Of a stretch of 64,000 bases of DNA, positions 38,561-53,500 are shown one piece after another. The DNA is taken from NCBI GenBank assembly GCA_002633005.1, contig NMRA01000359.1, positions 397,992 through 461,991 on the forward strand. The letters run 5' to 3'. Every line of letters begins with the position of its first letter. The stretch's first letter is position 1. The position numbers were made by a program, and so were the translations under genes. The DNA is from Phoronis australis. Taxonomy: Eukaryota; Animalia; Phoronida. Below the pieces are notes generated by a model. That model made no database searches. It saw only the letters and a list, made by a program, of their open reading frames with translations, and had not been told where the DNA came from.

Positions 38561-38599
38561 TTCAGCAACGGAGCTCCAATAAGCATTTTTCATGGAATT

Positions 38600-39985
38600 T
38601 TCTGGGGCTAAAGTCAGAGTCATCCAGTGGAACACCAGACTACCCCGCTCCAAAAGCCAACCATTAGCAACTGGAGATGGTGCACTGACATGCTGTTGCA
38701 AGGCTCGTTTGTGAATGGCACACTGGTAGTTTGCTCTTTTAGCATGTAACAGCAAACAGTCATGATGAGGTGGCAGATGACAGAATTCAGCATGAATATG
38801 TGGTAGCGTGCTTTGTTAGCCGTTGATGACTCACCGTGCAGCTTGTATACAAAACACAAATGTTGAGTCCAACTTTAATGGCAAAGACAAAGTTAAAAAA
38901 ATATCTCTGCAAGCCTGCACCCTACCCAAAATAAAAAAGTTTTGACAACCTGAATTACCGTTTCATCCAAGCTCCTTGTTACAGTAATCCTATTTAACTA
39001 AAATAAATAACCAAAATAATCATCTTTTTAGCACACAGTATGGCCAACAACTAAAATTTCATTTTGTCTCTAAGTGCTCAGCAAAAATAAGCATTAAGAG
39101 AAATGAGAATCATTACTAACATTGATTGCACTGTGCAGCTTCCTTCAAACAATTTAAAACATAGAAACATTTTTATCATCCTTAATACAGTAGTTCAGCC
39201 TTTGAAAAATAGGGGAATGGTCATGTTGGCAATAGTTTTTGTTTGAAATTGAAAAGCGTCTTCTTTACCGTAGAGCTAAAATTTCATTTGATGCTTCCTG
39301 TTTTAAATAGCACATAATTGGAAGAGTAAAAATTTTCCTTTGATAAAAACTCCAATTCAAGAATCTTCAAAATGTGAGATACTGAAATCTGTGCAACACT
39401 TGAAATTTCAAGATAAATAAATTACAGAACACATGCAATATTTCCATTTTTATATTTCTCAGATTCCAAACACTGCTCATGATTTTACATTAAAGGATCT
39501 CAAAATAGGCTTAAAAGTTCATAAAAAGCAGTGCTGATCACTCAAATGTAGGTAAAAACTACTGCCAGTACATTGAGATTGAGACCACTATTACTATAAA
39601 TTTATCAAGCAAAATAATTTTTGTTCCGTGACCTAAACTAAAGATTATTTATCATAAATGACACCTTTTCAAATTAAGAATAATAGGTAGGTGTATTACA
39701 ATTGAATATTTGGAACTGGGATAGGTTTTCAACTTTTCTTTTGTTTGTAAAGTTCCCCTGTGATAAAATTTGATTTGTGGCAAATGGTTCATTGTGGTGG
39801 CAAGACATAATTATGGTAAATTTCTGTGAGCACTGTTAAATGTACATGTAACTGACAGTGCCAATCTCCTTAATTTTCTAGTGGGCTCAACATTATTTCC
39901 ATCATCAGCTTGGTCTTTTTCTTTTCTAAGAGTTCTTTCAATTTTTGTTACATCCGTTAAGTGTCTGTAACACTGCTTGTGATAG
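38600..39985 (-). mobile_element. Decayed large DNA-transposon coding remnants
   Basis: Frameshifted fragments ARYHIF...LLHAKRANYQ...PSPVANGW and YHKQCY resemble transposase-like ORFs common in marine invertebrates. Recognised by motif only; family not determined. Confidence 0.4.
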
Positions 39986-39988
39986 AAG

Positions 39989-40245
39989 CGCGCGCGCACC
40001 AAGCTTAAAAATGGGGGCTCGAGTTTTTGAGAATGTGGACATTTATTAAGATTCACGGGGTACTTCAGAGCTACGAATTGTGCGTTCGTCGAATTTTGGT
40101 AGTTCCTACCTTTTTAGTGAACTTTTGTCTCATTTTCTACTTTTTCGGAGTTTTTGGTTCTCTGAGGCAAACCTTTTTACCCACTTTACCAAATGGGGGA
40201 GGCTCGTTCAAGCCCCCGAGCCCCCCACCCCTGGATGCACGCATG
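39989..40245. mobile_element. Inverted copy of the 8673-8916 MITE family
   Basis: cgcgcgcgcaccaag ... ctggatgcacgcatg, flanks AGAAG/ACAAG. A further partial copy ends at 54087. Confidence 0.7.
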
Positions 40246-43119
40246 ACAAGAAAAAAGCAATGATACTTCTCTTGCACTCAATGTTTATACGTATGTTTGT
40301 AGTAGCCTTAGACCAGATATCTGAAAATTCCAGCTCAGAAATTTGAGCAGAAGCTGACACATGAATGCAACAAGGGGTAGACATCGTGCCAGTCTATTGT
40401 GAAGTTGCACCCTAGTTGAGTATTCAGCAGAGTTCTAGCTGTCCCAAAACTGCTCTTTGCGAAACACAAAATGATTCAGGAATGTGCCAAGAATTCTTTC
40501 AGTGCGATGACACTGGTGGCCACTTGATTTGGCTTTCCTCAATTCCTAACTGCTGCCTGCTCGTTTTTGAGCCTTGGCCCTTGGTAACTGCCTATTACTT
40601 GCACACCCATCCAAGAATTAATACTCTCCAATGTAGTCAGTAACAGTAAACAAGCTCGCTAAGCCAGATAACATCAGCTGACTGTCCTCTAAGGAAGGTT
40701 TTCATGCCAAGCAATATTTTTCTGGCATTTGATTGGCTGTTCGGATCATTTTGCACTGACACCTGGTGGCTAACATATTAGTTGAGGTTATATTTTTCCA
40801 AATTTTAAATTAAAATTCTTACTAAACGTGCAAGTGTTTTCTTGGAACCTTTTTTGAAATTGACTTTTGAACATCTGTAGATGGGTTTAATGCAAAGTTC
40901 CCGTTGTCCCCAGAAAGAAGCCACGCGGAGGTGAAAGATAGGAGAGCTGGGACTATGGCCAATGCAGTGTATAATGTGTTGTAGTAATACATTACAGTGA
41001 GCTGCAAGCATGTAACGGCTTGCATTTAATAGAGTCTTGAAAGGTGTTACAGGGGCTCCTCTGGCAAACATGTTGAATTTACATGGCTTACTGAAAAAAC
41101 ATTTTTAATTAAATTAATAACTGAATCAATAAACCAACTACCAAATGAAGACTAGAAATTAAGTATCTGTGGTTAGAGGGCGCCGTGAATACGAGATCGA
41201 AACAACGAAACGTCAGGTTACGGATGAAATAAGTGACTTTGGGTGAGGATTTGTCTTTTTTTAGAACAACAAGCTGCGTTCCTGAAAACAAAGTGTTATA
41301 CGCCTTACCTTCTCCAAAACTAAAGAAAAAGCTTTATTTGAAAAACTCCTTGTACATTTAATCTCAGTTTTTAATAACAAAAACAATGCACTTGATAAGC
41401 TTATATTTAACAAATATAACAGAGAATGCTGACGGCCAGGCCTGAGGAATTCCCTTATTTTTCACAACTCCCCTCCTCCAACTGGAATACACTGCCCTCA
41501 AATTTTAAACACAGTCGTTCACTCTCAATGATCAAAACAAGCTTTAAAATTCACTTCTTTCATGCGAATTTACCGTTCCCGTTTACCAAGTTTAAATTAT
41601 TCCTAGAGCTCACGAGGTATCTCTTAATAGAGCTGCGTTCATGGCCCAGTTGCATAAAGGTTATGTGCAGTATAGCAACAATGACGACGCGTTGTCAGGC
41701 GTAACGTTGCTATTGTTGAACAATACACCAGACGTCTATCAACAATAAAACTTATCCAGCGGATAATTTTGAAATTTTTATGCAACCCAGCCCTGGACTT
41801 TAACTTGTCTCTGACAAATTTGTACACAACTTCACAGACGTCTCGTCTCTTCGTTGTTTAATTTGTGGGCAAGATCAGACTAAAGTTAAATTTCTGCTGG
41901 ACTGTCGAGTTAATTTTCAACAACGACAGGGTCTCTTCCAGATCATTGATAGCAACTCTGATGTGTTCTCTACACTCAAAGTACTCCGTAGTTTACTAAA
42001 CAAAGCCAATGTCCTCATCAATGGTTCAAGTAAATTCTGTGTAGAAACTAATCTTATGCTGCTTCTATATGTCACATCATTTGTTTATAACATTCAGCAG
42101 TTGTATTGAAGGGTTTTTGTCATTGTCATTTTTCACTTTTTCATTTGTATAATGATAACAGTTTTTATTAGTGTGTTTTATTGTCTAAAGCCCAGATATA
42201 ATGTTCACTGCGATTTCCTTCTTAATAAATTGTTAAACGACAAAAAGTGACAGATGCCGTAAGGCGACTAGGTGCATTCGTCGTTTGTATGCAGACGCGT
42301 TCAGGATCAAAACTACGTTTTGTCTTCGCTTTCTGAGGTATCGCCTATGCTATGTACACCTCGTCGACTCGATGTTGTGGCGACTCAGTGAATAAAATGA
42401 GTGCAAATTGTAGGAAGAGCACATGGCAAATTCGATTTGAGTGGCAGCTTTGTAACTTTTGACTTTGGACAGGTAGCTAACAGATTTCCAAGCGTTTGAA
42501 AGCCATTCTGCATTTTTTTCTCGCTACATGGCCAGCGTATTTCGTATACTTTGAAGTTCCCTTAGAATGAAGATAAAGTATTTTGTTGGACAATAACCTT
42601 AAAAATTATACTCAATAGTTTTATATGTTGTGTGACCTTTTGGCGAACTGCTCCGAACCTGCGTAACAGGTGTGCAGGCGTAAGCATACACGGATTTTGC
42701 TAAGCCGTTTGGGGGTCACGTGATTTAGGATTGCCCTAATTTCATGAAACTATGTCAAAATGCAGACGATTCTAGTGCATTAAAGTGGGTCATCTAATAG
42801 GAGATGAAAAAATCAGAGGAATTAATCATGAGTGGTCGTGTAGCAAAACAATCTAGACCGATCGCTAGGGCAAATCAGACCATATGGACCTCGTGAGAGC
42901 AATATTGGCGTACATTGCTCTCCCTCGGTGCATATGACCCCTAAACAACTTTCTAATCGGTCTATGTTCATAATTATAATAAAATGTTACTGTTGGCCAC
43001 CGTGTTCTACCATATCATGGTCGGAGGCAACCGTCACTCTCAATATTAAGGTTAAGCCTATCTGACCTTAATTGTTGAGCTTAACCTAACGCTTATTCTT
43101 GTTCACATTCAGGAGGACC

Positions 43120-43408
43120 ATGAACGAAGAAGAAAAATGGAAGCTTCAACATAATCACCAAATTCTCATCACCGATGTATCTCAAGATGTTATCGAAGAA
43201 CTGTACTCCACGGGGATCATTAATCAAAGAGATTTAAAAGAAATTTTTACCAGAAACCTGACTGAAGAAAAGAATGAATTATTGCTGCAAATGTTGCCCA
43301 CTAAAGGTCCCAATGCATACACACAGTTTCGTGAAATTCTGGTTAATCACGGCGGATACGAGTACTTGGTTGAGCGGCTTGATCAAACTTCCCACGTTCA
43401 CCACGCAG
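43120..43408 (+). CDS. NLR-like paralog 3, coding exon 1: CARD domain
   Basis: Acceptor ttcAG 43111-43112, ACCATG (ATG 43120), donor G|GTAAAG 43409, phase 1. Translation MNEEEKWKLQHNHQILITDV...LLLQMLPTKGPNAYTQFREIL. Confidence 0.88.
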
Positions 43409-44399
43409 GTAAAGGAATATTACGTTGGTATATGCCACAAAGTTGTTGGTTTGATTCACGTGGCGGCCATCTTCTATCTAAACACTTATACTAGTACTAT
43501 AAAGTGTCGTAGTTCATTTAGAAATTTTCTTTAAGCAACGGTATAGTTTTATGTCGCGATCAGATGTCTAATTTCAGATGCGACGTTTTATCAAAAGGGA
43601 GATCAGACGTTTAAAGAGCCATCCGATCGGCGACATTTTTGGGTCGCACTGCGTGTGACGCCTCGCTACTACCCATACAGTTGTAATGGATGTATAATTT
43701 AACAGTCCATTATTAACACAAAGAAGACTTATTATTAGTTTATTACACTAAAATTTTGTCGATATAGTGATATTCCAAGCTCTGATAAGATATTCCGTGA
43801 ACGACGATCTTGTTGGCCATTTCTGGAACCAACTGTTCACGTACTATGAAAGTGTTTCGCACGACAGTCCTGTAGATCAGTCCTCATATACCAGTCATTA
43901 ATATCCCCAGAGTATTGTAACAGTGCAATTACTGGCCACAGTCTTTCGTGACGTAACACGAGACACTTTGCTGGTCGCAGTCCCTGTGAGCCTAACACGT
44001 AGTATCTCGCTTCCCACAATTCACAAAAACATAGACAATTAACAAAAGTTTATATTGTAGAAAATTCAAAAGTGCGCCGAAACAAAATCTTGTTTTTGTT
44101 TGACACCAGTTAACACTCAATTTGTGAACTCTACAAACTTTGGAAGTGTTCAGAGATTGGCGATGGGCCTATATTGGCGAAAAATCCGAATACAGGACCA
44201 TGAGCCTACTAACAATACACATTATACCGTTTCGCGAAAATATGTGGTCGCCCCTTCGTAATATAGATCGATTAGTGGCGCACATAAAGGTAGTTTCCAC
44301 AAGTGAAGTCAAGTCAATTTGTTTATAGTCACCTAAAATAAAATGAGAGAAAACAGTATACCGAGAAATAAATACAAAAGTCACGAAATAAATATGAAA

Positions 44400-44880
44400 T
44401 TAAAACAAAGATTTAAATGCTATACACAAAATTAACAATTAGCACCATACGAGAGAATATATTTGAATTAGAAAATCACAGGCACTGCAATTTAATTGCA
44501 GGGAGGCTCAGTCCATGGGCTGGCATATGGCACAAAAGTATTTAAATCTGAGCTCGATCTCGCCTCCTCTAATAAAGAGTTCCACAAATTAGAGTCATAG
44601 ACTCTCATAGATCGCGGAGCGTAACGAGTGGTTCTGCACTGAGGAATGTTAGTCCTGTTGGATGATCGTAAATTATATGGGGTCCTGCGAATTGTGAGAA
44701 TGTCCCGTTGAAATGGGGGTGACAAGATTAAAATTTTAAAAGCTTCTTTTAGAATGTGTACCAAGCTCTAGAGTAGGTAGATTAACTCTCAATAATTGTG
44801 TCTCATATGAGCTAGAAAAATCATCAAACACAAATCGTAGGGCCCTGCATTGAACTCGTTCAATCGTATATGTATTGACT
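44400..44880 (-). mobile_element. LINE 3' remnant (CR1/L2-like ORF2 tail)
   Basis: PYNLRS...TTRYAPRSMRVYDSNLWNSL resembles the ORF2 C-terminus; upstream sequence is decayed. Confidence 0.5.
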
Positions 44881-44912
44881 AAACCACGAAAATACCAGAC
44901 TAAAGTACACCA

Positions 44913-45071
44913 CAAGGGCGGATCAAGGATTTTGAGTTAGGGGGAGCCATGGCAGAGTATTAGCCAGGATTTTGCTCGTCAGACATTCGCACCCCCCATC
45001 TGACAAATGTAAACTAGGAGAATTTTAGAGGGGGCCATGGCCCCGTTGGCCCCCCTCTAAATCCGCCACTG
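44913..45071. mobile_element. MITE, same family (inverted), 5-bp TSD CACCA, in intron 1 of paralog 3
   Basis: caagggcggatc ... aaatccgccactg, flanked by CACCA on both sides. Confidence 0.75.
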
Positions 45072-45173
45072 CACCACCTCCTGGTCTTCCTTCAGTACTG
45101 ATGACGCGACAACACACGTTTGCGCCGAAGCTTGATTTCGAAATATTCGTAAGACCTCTCTTTCATTCAACAG

Positions 45174-45360
45174 GTCCGCCGGCCAGCCCTACTGGCGTTT
45201 CCCACGAGGACACTCTGACTGCCATACAGAAGGAACTGGCCCAACGATACGAGGAGCAGTTTCACAGGATCAACCCCCTTCCTTGGTCAGGAGAACTGCT
45301 GAGAAGAATGCCTGATGTTTATACAGAGTTGTTGCTCAATGAAAGAGATACATACAAAAG
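45174..45360 (+). CDS. NLR-like paralog 3, coding exon 2: pre-NACHT linker
   Basis: Acceptor aacAG 45172-45173, donor AG|GTAAGT 45361. Translation ...AIQKELAQRYEEQFHRINPLPWSGELLRRMPDVYTELLLNERDTYKR. Confidence 0.88.
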
Positions 45361-46741
45361 GTAAGTCTATAATTTAAAACTATACTTCCTTTTTGACCTA
45401 TAGCTCAAACGTAAACTCAAGAAATATGCTGATTTCAATTAAAACTGTGGCATTGCACTTAAAAATTCCCTTGTCATGATAGCTTGGAATTTTACTGAAG
45501 CAGTCAAACTTTGGAAGGACTGGCCGGCCCTCTGATTTGTTAGCTATATTTGACTATTAAATTCTATAGATGTTCATCGAGGTTAGGGAAATGCAGTTTT
45601 CTATTAATTGTCTTGGGAAAGGGTTTGAGCGAAATTTGGCAAGTATTTCATTATATTAGATTTGGCACTTTTTACATACTCAATCTTCAGATTTTACCTC
45701 CTTCAAAGCGTCTGTCTTTATAACTCTTCATATGTTACATTTTCATGGAGACGACCACTGACAGAAAAGCACGGGGTTTCTTGATGCCAGTATTCGTTCT
45801 ATATTATCACAGTAGACAAAAACTTAATTGATTATGGATGCCAAATGCACAATCGAGGCATCACTTTATCGTACGTGAAGTCCCTATGACTAGATTTTCA
45901 CTGATAAATATAGCGGTTCATGAAGACGATCACAAACTGTAAATAGGGAAAACGGTCGAATCTACAGTTGTTTCAATTTATCTTTTTTTTGTAAAAGGAA
46001 AAGCTTCGCGCTTGCAACGTGCCAACGACCATGGTCTTTGCTACAAGTGCCTCAGGTCCTTGTTGATATTGCGCTATCTTGACAGTTTCTCAAAGATTTC
46101 TAAAATATCAAACGTTCCCGTGCAGAACTACATGAAGGGAAACGCCCTCAGCGTGACTTTCTTACGGCTTATTTTGCACGTTCGTCATCTAGTGACGATT
46201 AAGTTAGACGAGTTGCACGCGTTGGTGACACAGTCGTCGATTTCGGAGACGACACGTCTCTGTACTTGCAGATCAACCAGTCGGTGTTCATATTGCAACA
46301 GATAGTTGAACCAAGAAGTGCAAGGTTGACGGAACCAATTACATCAGACACTTGTTTGTAAAAACGGTCAGATTTCATTAAATGTTTGCCGGGACATTTT
46401 TTTCCCCGCTGACCACAAGTAGCAAAATTTACGTGTGAATTGGTCCCCCAATGGTCAACTATGATTTGGCAATATAGCGTCAATTTACGTACCAACTCCC
46501 ATTGTATCAGGCATATATTACCATTTGGTCAAAACGCATAATCTTACTGGTTAAATGTTAACGGAGCGTGAACCTGACACTCTCGATCCGAGCAATGTGG
46601 ATAAGTTGTAACCGTCAAAACTGATTTACAAACGTGTCCAACGGAATCGCCACAACGTGAAGCTAAGGGCGTTCAATGAAGAATTTCAACACAATCTATC
46701 AATTGATATCTTTATCGCTAATAAGTCTTGTACTTTTACAG

Positions 46742-48671
46742 AAATCAAAACAGTCAACCTATTTCCGTGGATGACATTTTTGCCCCTCAAGAAGACTCTC
46801 CGTCCGCCAAGCGGGTCTACATCCAGGGAAACTCGGGTTCGGGTAAAACAGTGCTCTGTAACAAGCTGGCGTACGATTGGGCAAAACGCACGCTTGGTCC
46901 AATGGGCAAATTTTCTCTTGTTCTATTCTTGGAAATGAAGGAAGGAATCGTCAAAAGCAATTTGAAGGATACTATAGTCGAGCACCTGTTCCCCATTGAC
47001 TTTAAATACAGGCAGTCTGTTCTGAGCTGTTTAAACGACTACCAGACAAACATCTTGCTGATTATCGATGGCTATGACGAATTGTCTCCCCTTGACAAGC
47101 AGAGCTTTGAATCCTTTCTGGAAGGGAGGTATCTTCACCAAGTCAGTTGCTTGGTGACATCAAGACCGACGAATTTAGAGGCTAGACACTTCGACCGGCG
47201 ACTGACATGCAGTGGATTTCTTCCGGAAAATGCTAGAAAGTTTGTTGACAAATACTTTAACGGAAAACCGAAGACGTATTACAAGGATTTGATGGACCGC
47301 GTGGAGAATAGCTGCTACATGAGTCAGCTGGTAGAGAACCCTCTAAACTGTCTATTGTTGTGTGTCCACTGGGAAGAAAATGAGCAAAATAACAAGGGAA
47401 ATCTTCCTAGATCGCTTTCGCAGTTATTTTTTAGCATTATCGACATCATGAAGTGGCGCCACCTTTACAAAACAGATCAAAACAGGCGAGGTGCAAGTAA
47501 ACTCGAAGGAGTTGAAGACGATAATCTCTTGGATGAAGTGAAAGAATTAGCTTTCAATGGAGTAATTGAAGGTTGCAGGGAGGTCTCTCTCTCCAGGCAT
47601 CAGACGTCTTCCCTTAATTTTGACGTTCTGATTAAGATGGGAATTCTTACGAAGGTTGAATCTAAACTGAAGAGAGATGAACGTCTTTGTTTCACTCAAA
47701 GGCACATTCAGGAGGTGTTGGCTGCGATGCACTTCCCAACACTGTCAGGCCCCGACAGGATAAAATACTTCAAGCAGTTTCTCGCAAAGCCTAAGACAGT
47801 CATTCTTGTTATATTTATTATGGGTGTTTTTAAGACCAACGATGAAGTGTTGGAAGAGCTGTTTGAGATTCTAGCTGAAAACAATCGTCACAATTATGAA
47901 TCGATCATATTTGAATTGTTCAACGCTGCATCTGCTACGAGTACTAGCTTTAACAGGGTCACAAAACCTTTTACGGTGAGTTTCCATGCTCTCAATGAAG
48001 CCGAGAGCAAGAACAACGAACATTTTGTCTCCCTCATCGCTTCCTCGATGCCGCGGAATCTGTTTCTTGATCTGACATGTTTACGCAATCATTTCTTGTG
48101 TCACGACATGTCGCACAGCTGCTTTAAGACTCTGACGTCGATGCCGTGTCCTGAGCGTGTCATGGTTATGGAACTTTCCATCTTCCAGGGGGAGTGTCTG
48201 AAACTCGCAAACAAGGTATTGGATGTTATACGTCTTGTTTCGTCTGAAGATCCAAAACAGTTCGATTTTTTCGTTTACTGCGATGGCAGGAACGCACACG
48301 GATATGTTTCCATTGCGGTCTTTCTGTACCGGCTCATGGAATCCATCAAGGACCACCAGAATATCAGAGTCTTTTTCAAGGAGCGCATCAGAAGTATAAA
48401 CTTCCTCTTGCCGAACTGTAAGCGCTTGCGTGAAATGACCTCTTCAGAGTTAAAAGACGAGATGAAACTGCCTTCCAGCCCACCAGTAGAACTTCCTCCA
48501 CTGGTAGTATACACGGACAAGACATTCGATGAACTTGAAGACGAATTCAATACTGATAGTGAACATGCGTCTCCTCCGGAAGTGGCTGCTTTTTTCTTCA
48601 AGAAGTTAAACACTGAATATGACATAACTTGGAGAAGAGCATCGTTCCCCACACCTTTAATGCATACTTGA
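46742..48671 (+). CDS. NLR-like paralog 3, coding exon 3: NACHT + HD1/WHD/HD2 + C-terminal region (spliced protein 801 aa)
   Basis: Acceptor ttacAG 46740-46741. GNSGSGKT, LLIIDGYDEL, LVTSRP, LCFTQRHIQEVLAA, stop TGA 48669-48671. Exon sum 289+187+1930=2406 nt, in frame. Confidence 0.92.
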
Positions 48672-48719
48672 AGAGCCACCGTCAATTCCTTTAAGTGGCA
48701 ACGATAATTTTACAAACGC

Positions 48720-48751
48720 ACATACACACACGCACACGTGCACACAAACAT

Positions 48752-48810
<59 letters not shown>
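48720..48810. repeat. (CA)n-type microsatellite in the 3' UTR region of paralog 3
   Basis: Seen directly. Confidence 0.9.
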
Positions 48811-49139
48811 AAGGCTGTCCCACATACATAGGAATACTACTGCCATATACTATCGAGAGTTCATTCACATGCTAATAACTCAACAAGAGCGAAGATATGT
48901 GATATAACCTATTTATCCCATGTATGTTAACTTATTTGCAGCATATTTTGCTTCCGTGTGCTTCGGCTTGTTGTTATATGACGCCATGTGCATGCCAAGT
49001 ACGATGCCGCGCCGGTTAATCGGCAAGATTATTCTGTGAAAGCGTTGAATACCTAGTAAACTTTTATTACTTGATTGGAAGATCTTCTTATAATAGAGGT
49101 GGGTTTGTAAGAAGACTTCTGTCTGTATATGCGTTTTCA

Positions 49140-49687
49140 GATGTATGCATTAATCAGGGTGTGGTCAACCAAGCTTATTTTAGCTGTTTTTTCCCAGCGT
49201 GTCAGTGACTGTTATTTGCAAGGATGGCAATCTGATATCTAATGTAGCGCAAATCTGTCTTGCTATGTGAGGCTTAAAACAATGCATTGTCTAGAAAGTT
49301 ATTTAAAAATATTTAGTATCCAATGTGTTTTTGTCCACTCTCTCACTCGATTACGATGCACAAATCATTCGTTACTAGAGGAAAAAGGTCGCCACACAAA
49401 CATTCTCTAAAAATAGGTTGTGTGAGTTATGTAATTCGGCATGTGCAGAGGACGAATACCACGTTGTGTTAGTTTGCAGTGCGTACCAAAACCTTCGGAT
49501 TCAGTACATAAGTGATCGCTTTTGTCATTCTCTCACAACATCTAAATTTGAATTTCTCATGAGAACTCCGGATACCTCGCTACTAAAATTCGCCCACTAT
49601 GCTATCAAGCGTCACAATTCAATACCCAGTCTCTAACGCACCTGACAATGTACGATCTTGTATATGTCATACTTTGGGCCTATGGCT

Positions 49688-49690
<3 letters not shown>
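49140..49690 (+). mobile_element. LINE 3' remnant with C-terminal Cys/His knuckle
   Basis: RLRCTNHSLLEEKGRH and LCELCNSACAEDEYHVVLVCSAY (CxxC..EDExH....C), followed by simple repeats. Confidence 0.6.
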
Positions 49691-49806
<116 letters not shown>

Positions 49807-50464
49807 TTATTACATGGCGAAGTCGTTATCCCCCGTTATATAGATCCCGAGTGGATTTTGGAGAATTATCGCCCGAGGGGCGTTAGCCCCGAGGATGATA
49901 ATTCTCCAAGATCCACGAGGGCTCTAGATAAGGCTGAGAACATGTAATAATCTATTTATACCACATACTAAACGAGAAACATTGCTTTGTAACTACTTTC
50001 TATGTCAGAGGCCCGGGGTCGGAGGTCGTGACCTTTTAAGAAAAGCCGGGTTATTTTTGTCAAATAATGCTTTTACTCAAAACCAATTGAAAACTTAAAT
50101 ATAATAGAAATAAATTGAATTTATAAATTAAGGTTTACCAACTATTATAGCTTAAAACACGTTTTTTCACGCTAAGCTTCGACCGGGAAATTATCGTCTG
50201 CTAAAGTAGGTTACAACTGGTAACTGAATAAAATTCTCAAGTCAAAGATCCTGACGACAAGATACCCGAATTCAAACTGGAGATCGGTGATTTACAAGTA
50301 AGACGACATGAGAGAAAAATATCACTGAATTGAGATATCATTTTTATGGAAATTATGTGTCTTATTTTTCGTAGCGTATAAGTACAGTACAATGCGGTTT
50401 GTTGAACTTGCGATTGCTGCGCGTGCTCATTTAAGTATTCTATTTTCACTCTTGATTACGTCAG

Positions 50465-50540
50465 TCGCTGCATGGTGAAGTGGTTAAGTCGGCGACCAGC
50501 AATTCCAGGGTCCCGGGTTCGACTCCGTTCTCGGTTTCCC
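50465..50540 (+). repeat. tRNA-like (Pol III A/B box) repeat head, not a functional tRNA
   Basis: TGGTGAAGTGGTTAAG ... GGGTTCGACTCC with tRNA-like spacing; cloverleaf degenerate. Confidence 0.4.
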
Positions 50541-53500
50541 GCCAAATCGTTATCTCACTAGTGAGATAACTTCATGGGTTATTACACGGTTGTATCTACC
50601 ATTTGACGCTAATATTGTGGTATAAATAAATTAATTACTGGATTTAATTATTCACTCTCCATCTACGCACAATCTCAAAGCATAGCTACACCTTTTAAAC
50701 AAACCCATAGTAAATCGTCTGACAGGAGCATATCTTCTAAATTTCAGAAATACTTTACAAAGGGTGAAGGAGATACAGCCGCGGACATAAAATAAAGTTA
50801 CCACTTGGGGGAGACAAAATAGTTGAACAAGATCCTTCAAGCAGTTTACTGGATGACGAGGGTGATCTCACAAACTTCCGAAAAGTTAAAATGACCGCCG
50901 GAAAATGAGAAGGCGTCGTCTTCTTAATAGAAAACTATTTGCAAAACCTAGTAATAAAAAACCCGCTATACATCGAATCTGTCCGAAAACGAGATCCTGC
51001 TGACTCTTCAATAGAAACCTATTTATTAAAATTCTCTTCCCCCTGAGTAGTGGTTACCAAAGCAAGGTGACTTTTCGGCAGCATACTTTAGCCAATGAAA
51101 GCCTTATTTTTCGAACTCGAGAGTTATTGTTTTCTAAGCATTACTAAACATTCCTGGTAATGCACTTCCATTATCGGCCATGAGGGAAGGCTAATTTGAC
51201 GACGAATCCGGCTTCGCCGAGCCGATTTGGCCGATTTCCGGTAACTTTCTTGCACACTTAAAGTGAGTAGTGCACTAGGCAAATTTCATAAAGATCGTGT
51301 AAGAGATACCACCGTTGTCGTAAAAAAAACACAAAATTATCACCGCTGGGCGTAGTCATCTCATCAAAACACATGAACTAAGTTTCGTAATGACCATTCA
51401 AACAGTTTGGCGGATAGAAAGACAGACGCCAAGACAAACGGAATCGAAAATGACCACTCTATTGGTGGCGCAGTACTCGCCAAATTTGTCTGAAAAAGGA
51501 AACGTTGCATTCTTAACACAACATATTTGTCAAATTTCCCTTGAACACGTGAAAGATCTCCAAAGTTCGGAGAAAGCAAAATTGTCACCGCCGTGCGGCC
51601 TTGTACATGTACAATAGCTAACCCCTTCCGCAAATCAGTATCAGTCGTAGTCTTTTATGAGGAACACATGTACACAGTTTCATAATGACCCTACAAACAT
51701 GCATCAGCAGATAGAAAGGCGGACCCCAAAAGTAAAGGATTCGACAATATCCACCCACTAGGTGGCGCAGAATACATCAAATCTGACTTCGTCCCCTTAA
51801 CAATAACTTGCTGTCGAATTTCACAAAAAACCGTCAAAGAACTCCAGAGCTAGAGATGGAAATACAAAGGAGAAAAAATTGTTACGGAGGGGCACAGCTC
51901 TGATTGGTTCGAAGATCGCCGTCATCCATCGACAAATTCATAGAATTAATTCTCCCAAAACTCAAAAAAATACTGTAAGATGCAATAGTGGATGCCGGAA
52001 ATAAGAACAAAGGTGGCAGCAATAAGCACCCGAAATATGTTTTGTGGGCCCGTTATCGAAATCATCATTTTCATCCGACAAAACATTTTGAAATCAAATC
52101 AAATAACAAGAGGCATCGGACGTCACGTCGGATACTTCCTCGGCATTGGTTTCTTCTGTGGAGTTTCGCTGACCTGAGACATTTGAACTATTGACGCAGC
52201 TTGCCTAAGTTAAAGACCTCGGTTCTGCAGAAGTGTTCACATCAATCAAATTCAGGGCTCTAGTTTCATCTGTGGAGTTTTGCTCATTTTTAGCTTGTGC
52301 GTAGTACTTTTGTCTACAAGGGTCCTCACTCACCCGAGGGGAAAATTCCCAGACATACGTAGCGGGCTATCCCGTAGATAAGCCCACCTGAGGAAACTCC
52401 CATGGGCTTTTTCGGAAAATTATGCGAAATAAATAACCATTGACGTTCATTTGGTGTTACAACTCTGGTGTCATGTGTCCAGATAGTGGGGGCTTATTTG
52501 GAAAATTTCCTTTTAAAAGCCCAATAAGCGTCAAATTTTAGTCAATAAATCAGTTTTGTGTAACATTCCCCATTTTTAAAATAGAACTAAGTACCGGCGA
52601 ATTATGCATTTATTGAAAAAAAATCAAAACACACTTTAAGTAAAAAATGTCAATGTCAGGAAACCCATGACTTTCAGTTTACACACCCCCTCTTTTCCGA
52701 ATAAACTCCCGGGTGTTTATTTGATATTACAAAAAAGGTTAAAGTTGTTCGTTTTCCGAATACACGCCTTCGGGTTTATGGAAGGAAAATCCCGGTAAGT
52801 TTTGTTTATATTTTGTGTTTTCAATACGCGAAAAACTGGTTCTATCTCTTCAGTATATGACACTTACAGTACCTTATATAAAGAAGTTAGTTTGTGACGC
52901 TTTCGGTGTCTGGCGGCCTTCTGTGTAAAGCCAGTGGGTTTGAATGCGATATTCTTGAGGTTGTCTGCAGAGGAATTGATGATTGGAATTTTGCGCGATT
53001 TTTGATATTTGTGAGAGGAATTCGGCCCCATTTTAATGAGATCGAGGCCCCTGCCTACACTGTACATGCAACTTAAGAGCTCATCCCTGCAGAAATCTTG
53101 ATGACATCGCAAACGTCCACGTCACTGGGTTCATTGGGACTTACATTTAAAAAATGACGGCTTGGGACGGTACGGCCTAGACAGAAAAAAACGGCCTGTT
53201 TTAAGACAACCTCCTTGAAAACTACGGCGAAACTAAGAATTCTAACATTTATGATTTAATTTTCTTGAGATCTAAAATCCATCATTTTATTCAGAAATAA
53301 TTTGACATTACAGACTATTGCCGTCTATTTTTACTGTAACTGTCACAAGACGATCGGCAAATACTCAGGACAGCCATGTTTATGGGGGAATACCTCTCTG
53401 TACTGTGACGTCAGGGTGACCTCATACGGTATCCCATGTTGGGCGAGTGAGTAGAAATATTGCATCCACCGCTAACCACCCGTAAACGAACACTTGATCT

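Noticed and set aside
17481-48685. Antisense ORFs overlapping the NACHT exons (e.g. 48275-48685, 18463-18741, 32240-32461)
   Set aside because: Shadow ORFs of the conserved coding strand with no independent evidence.
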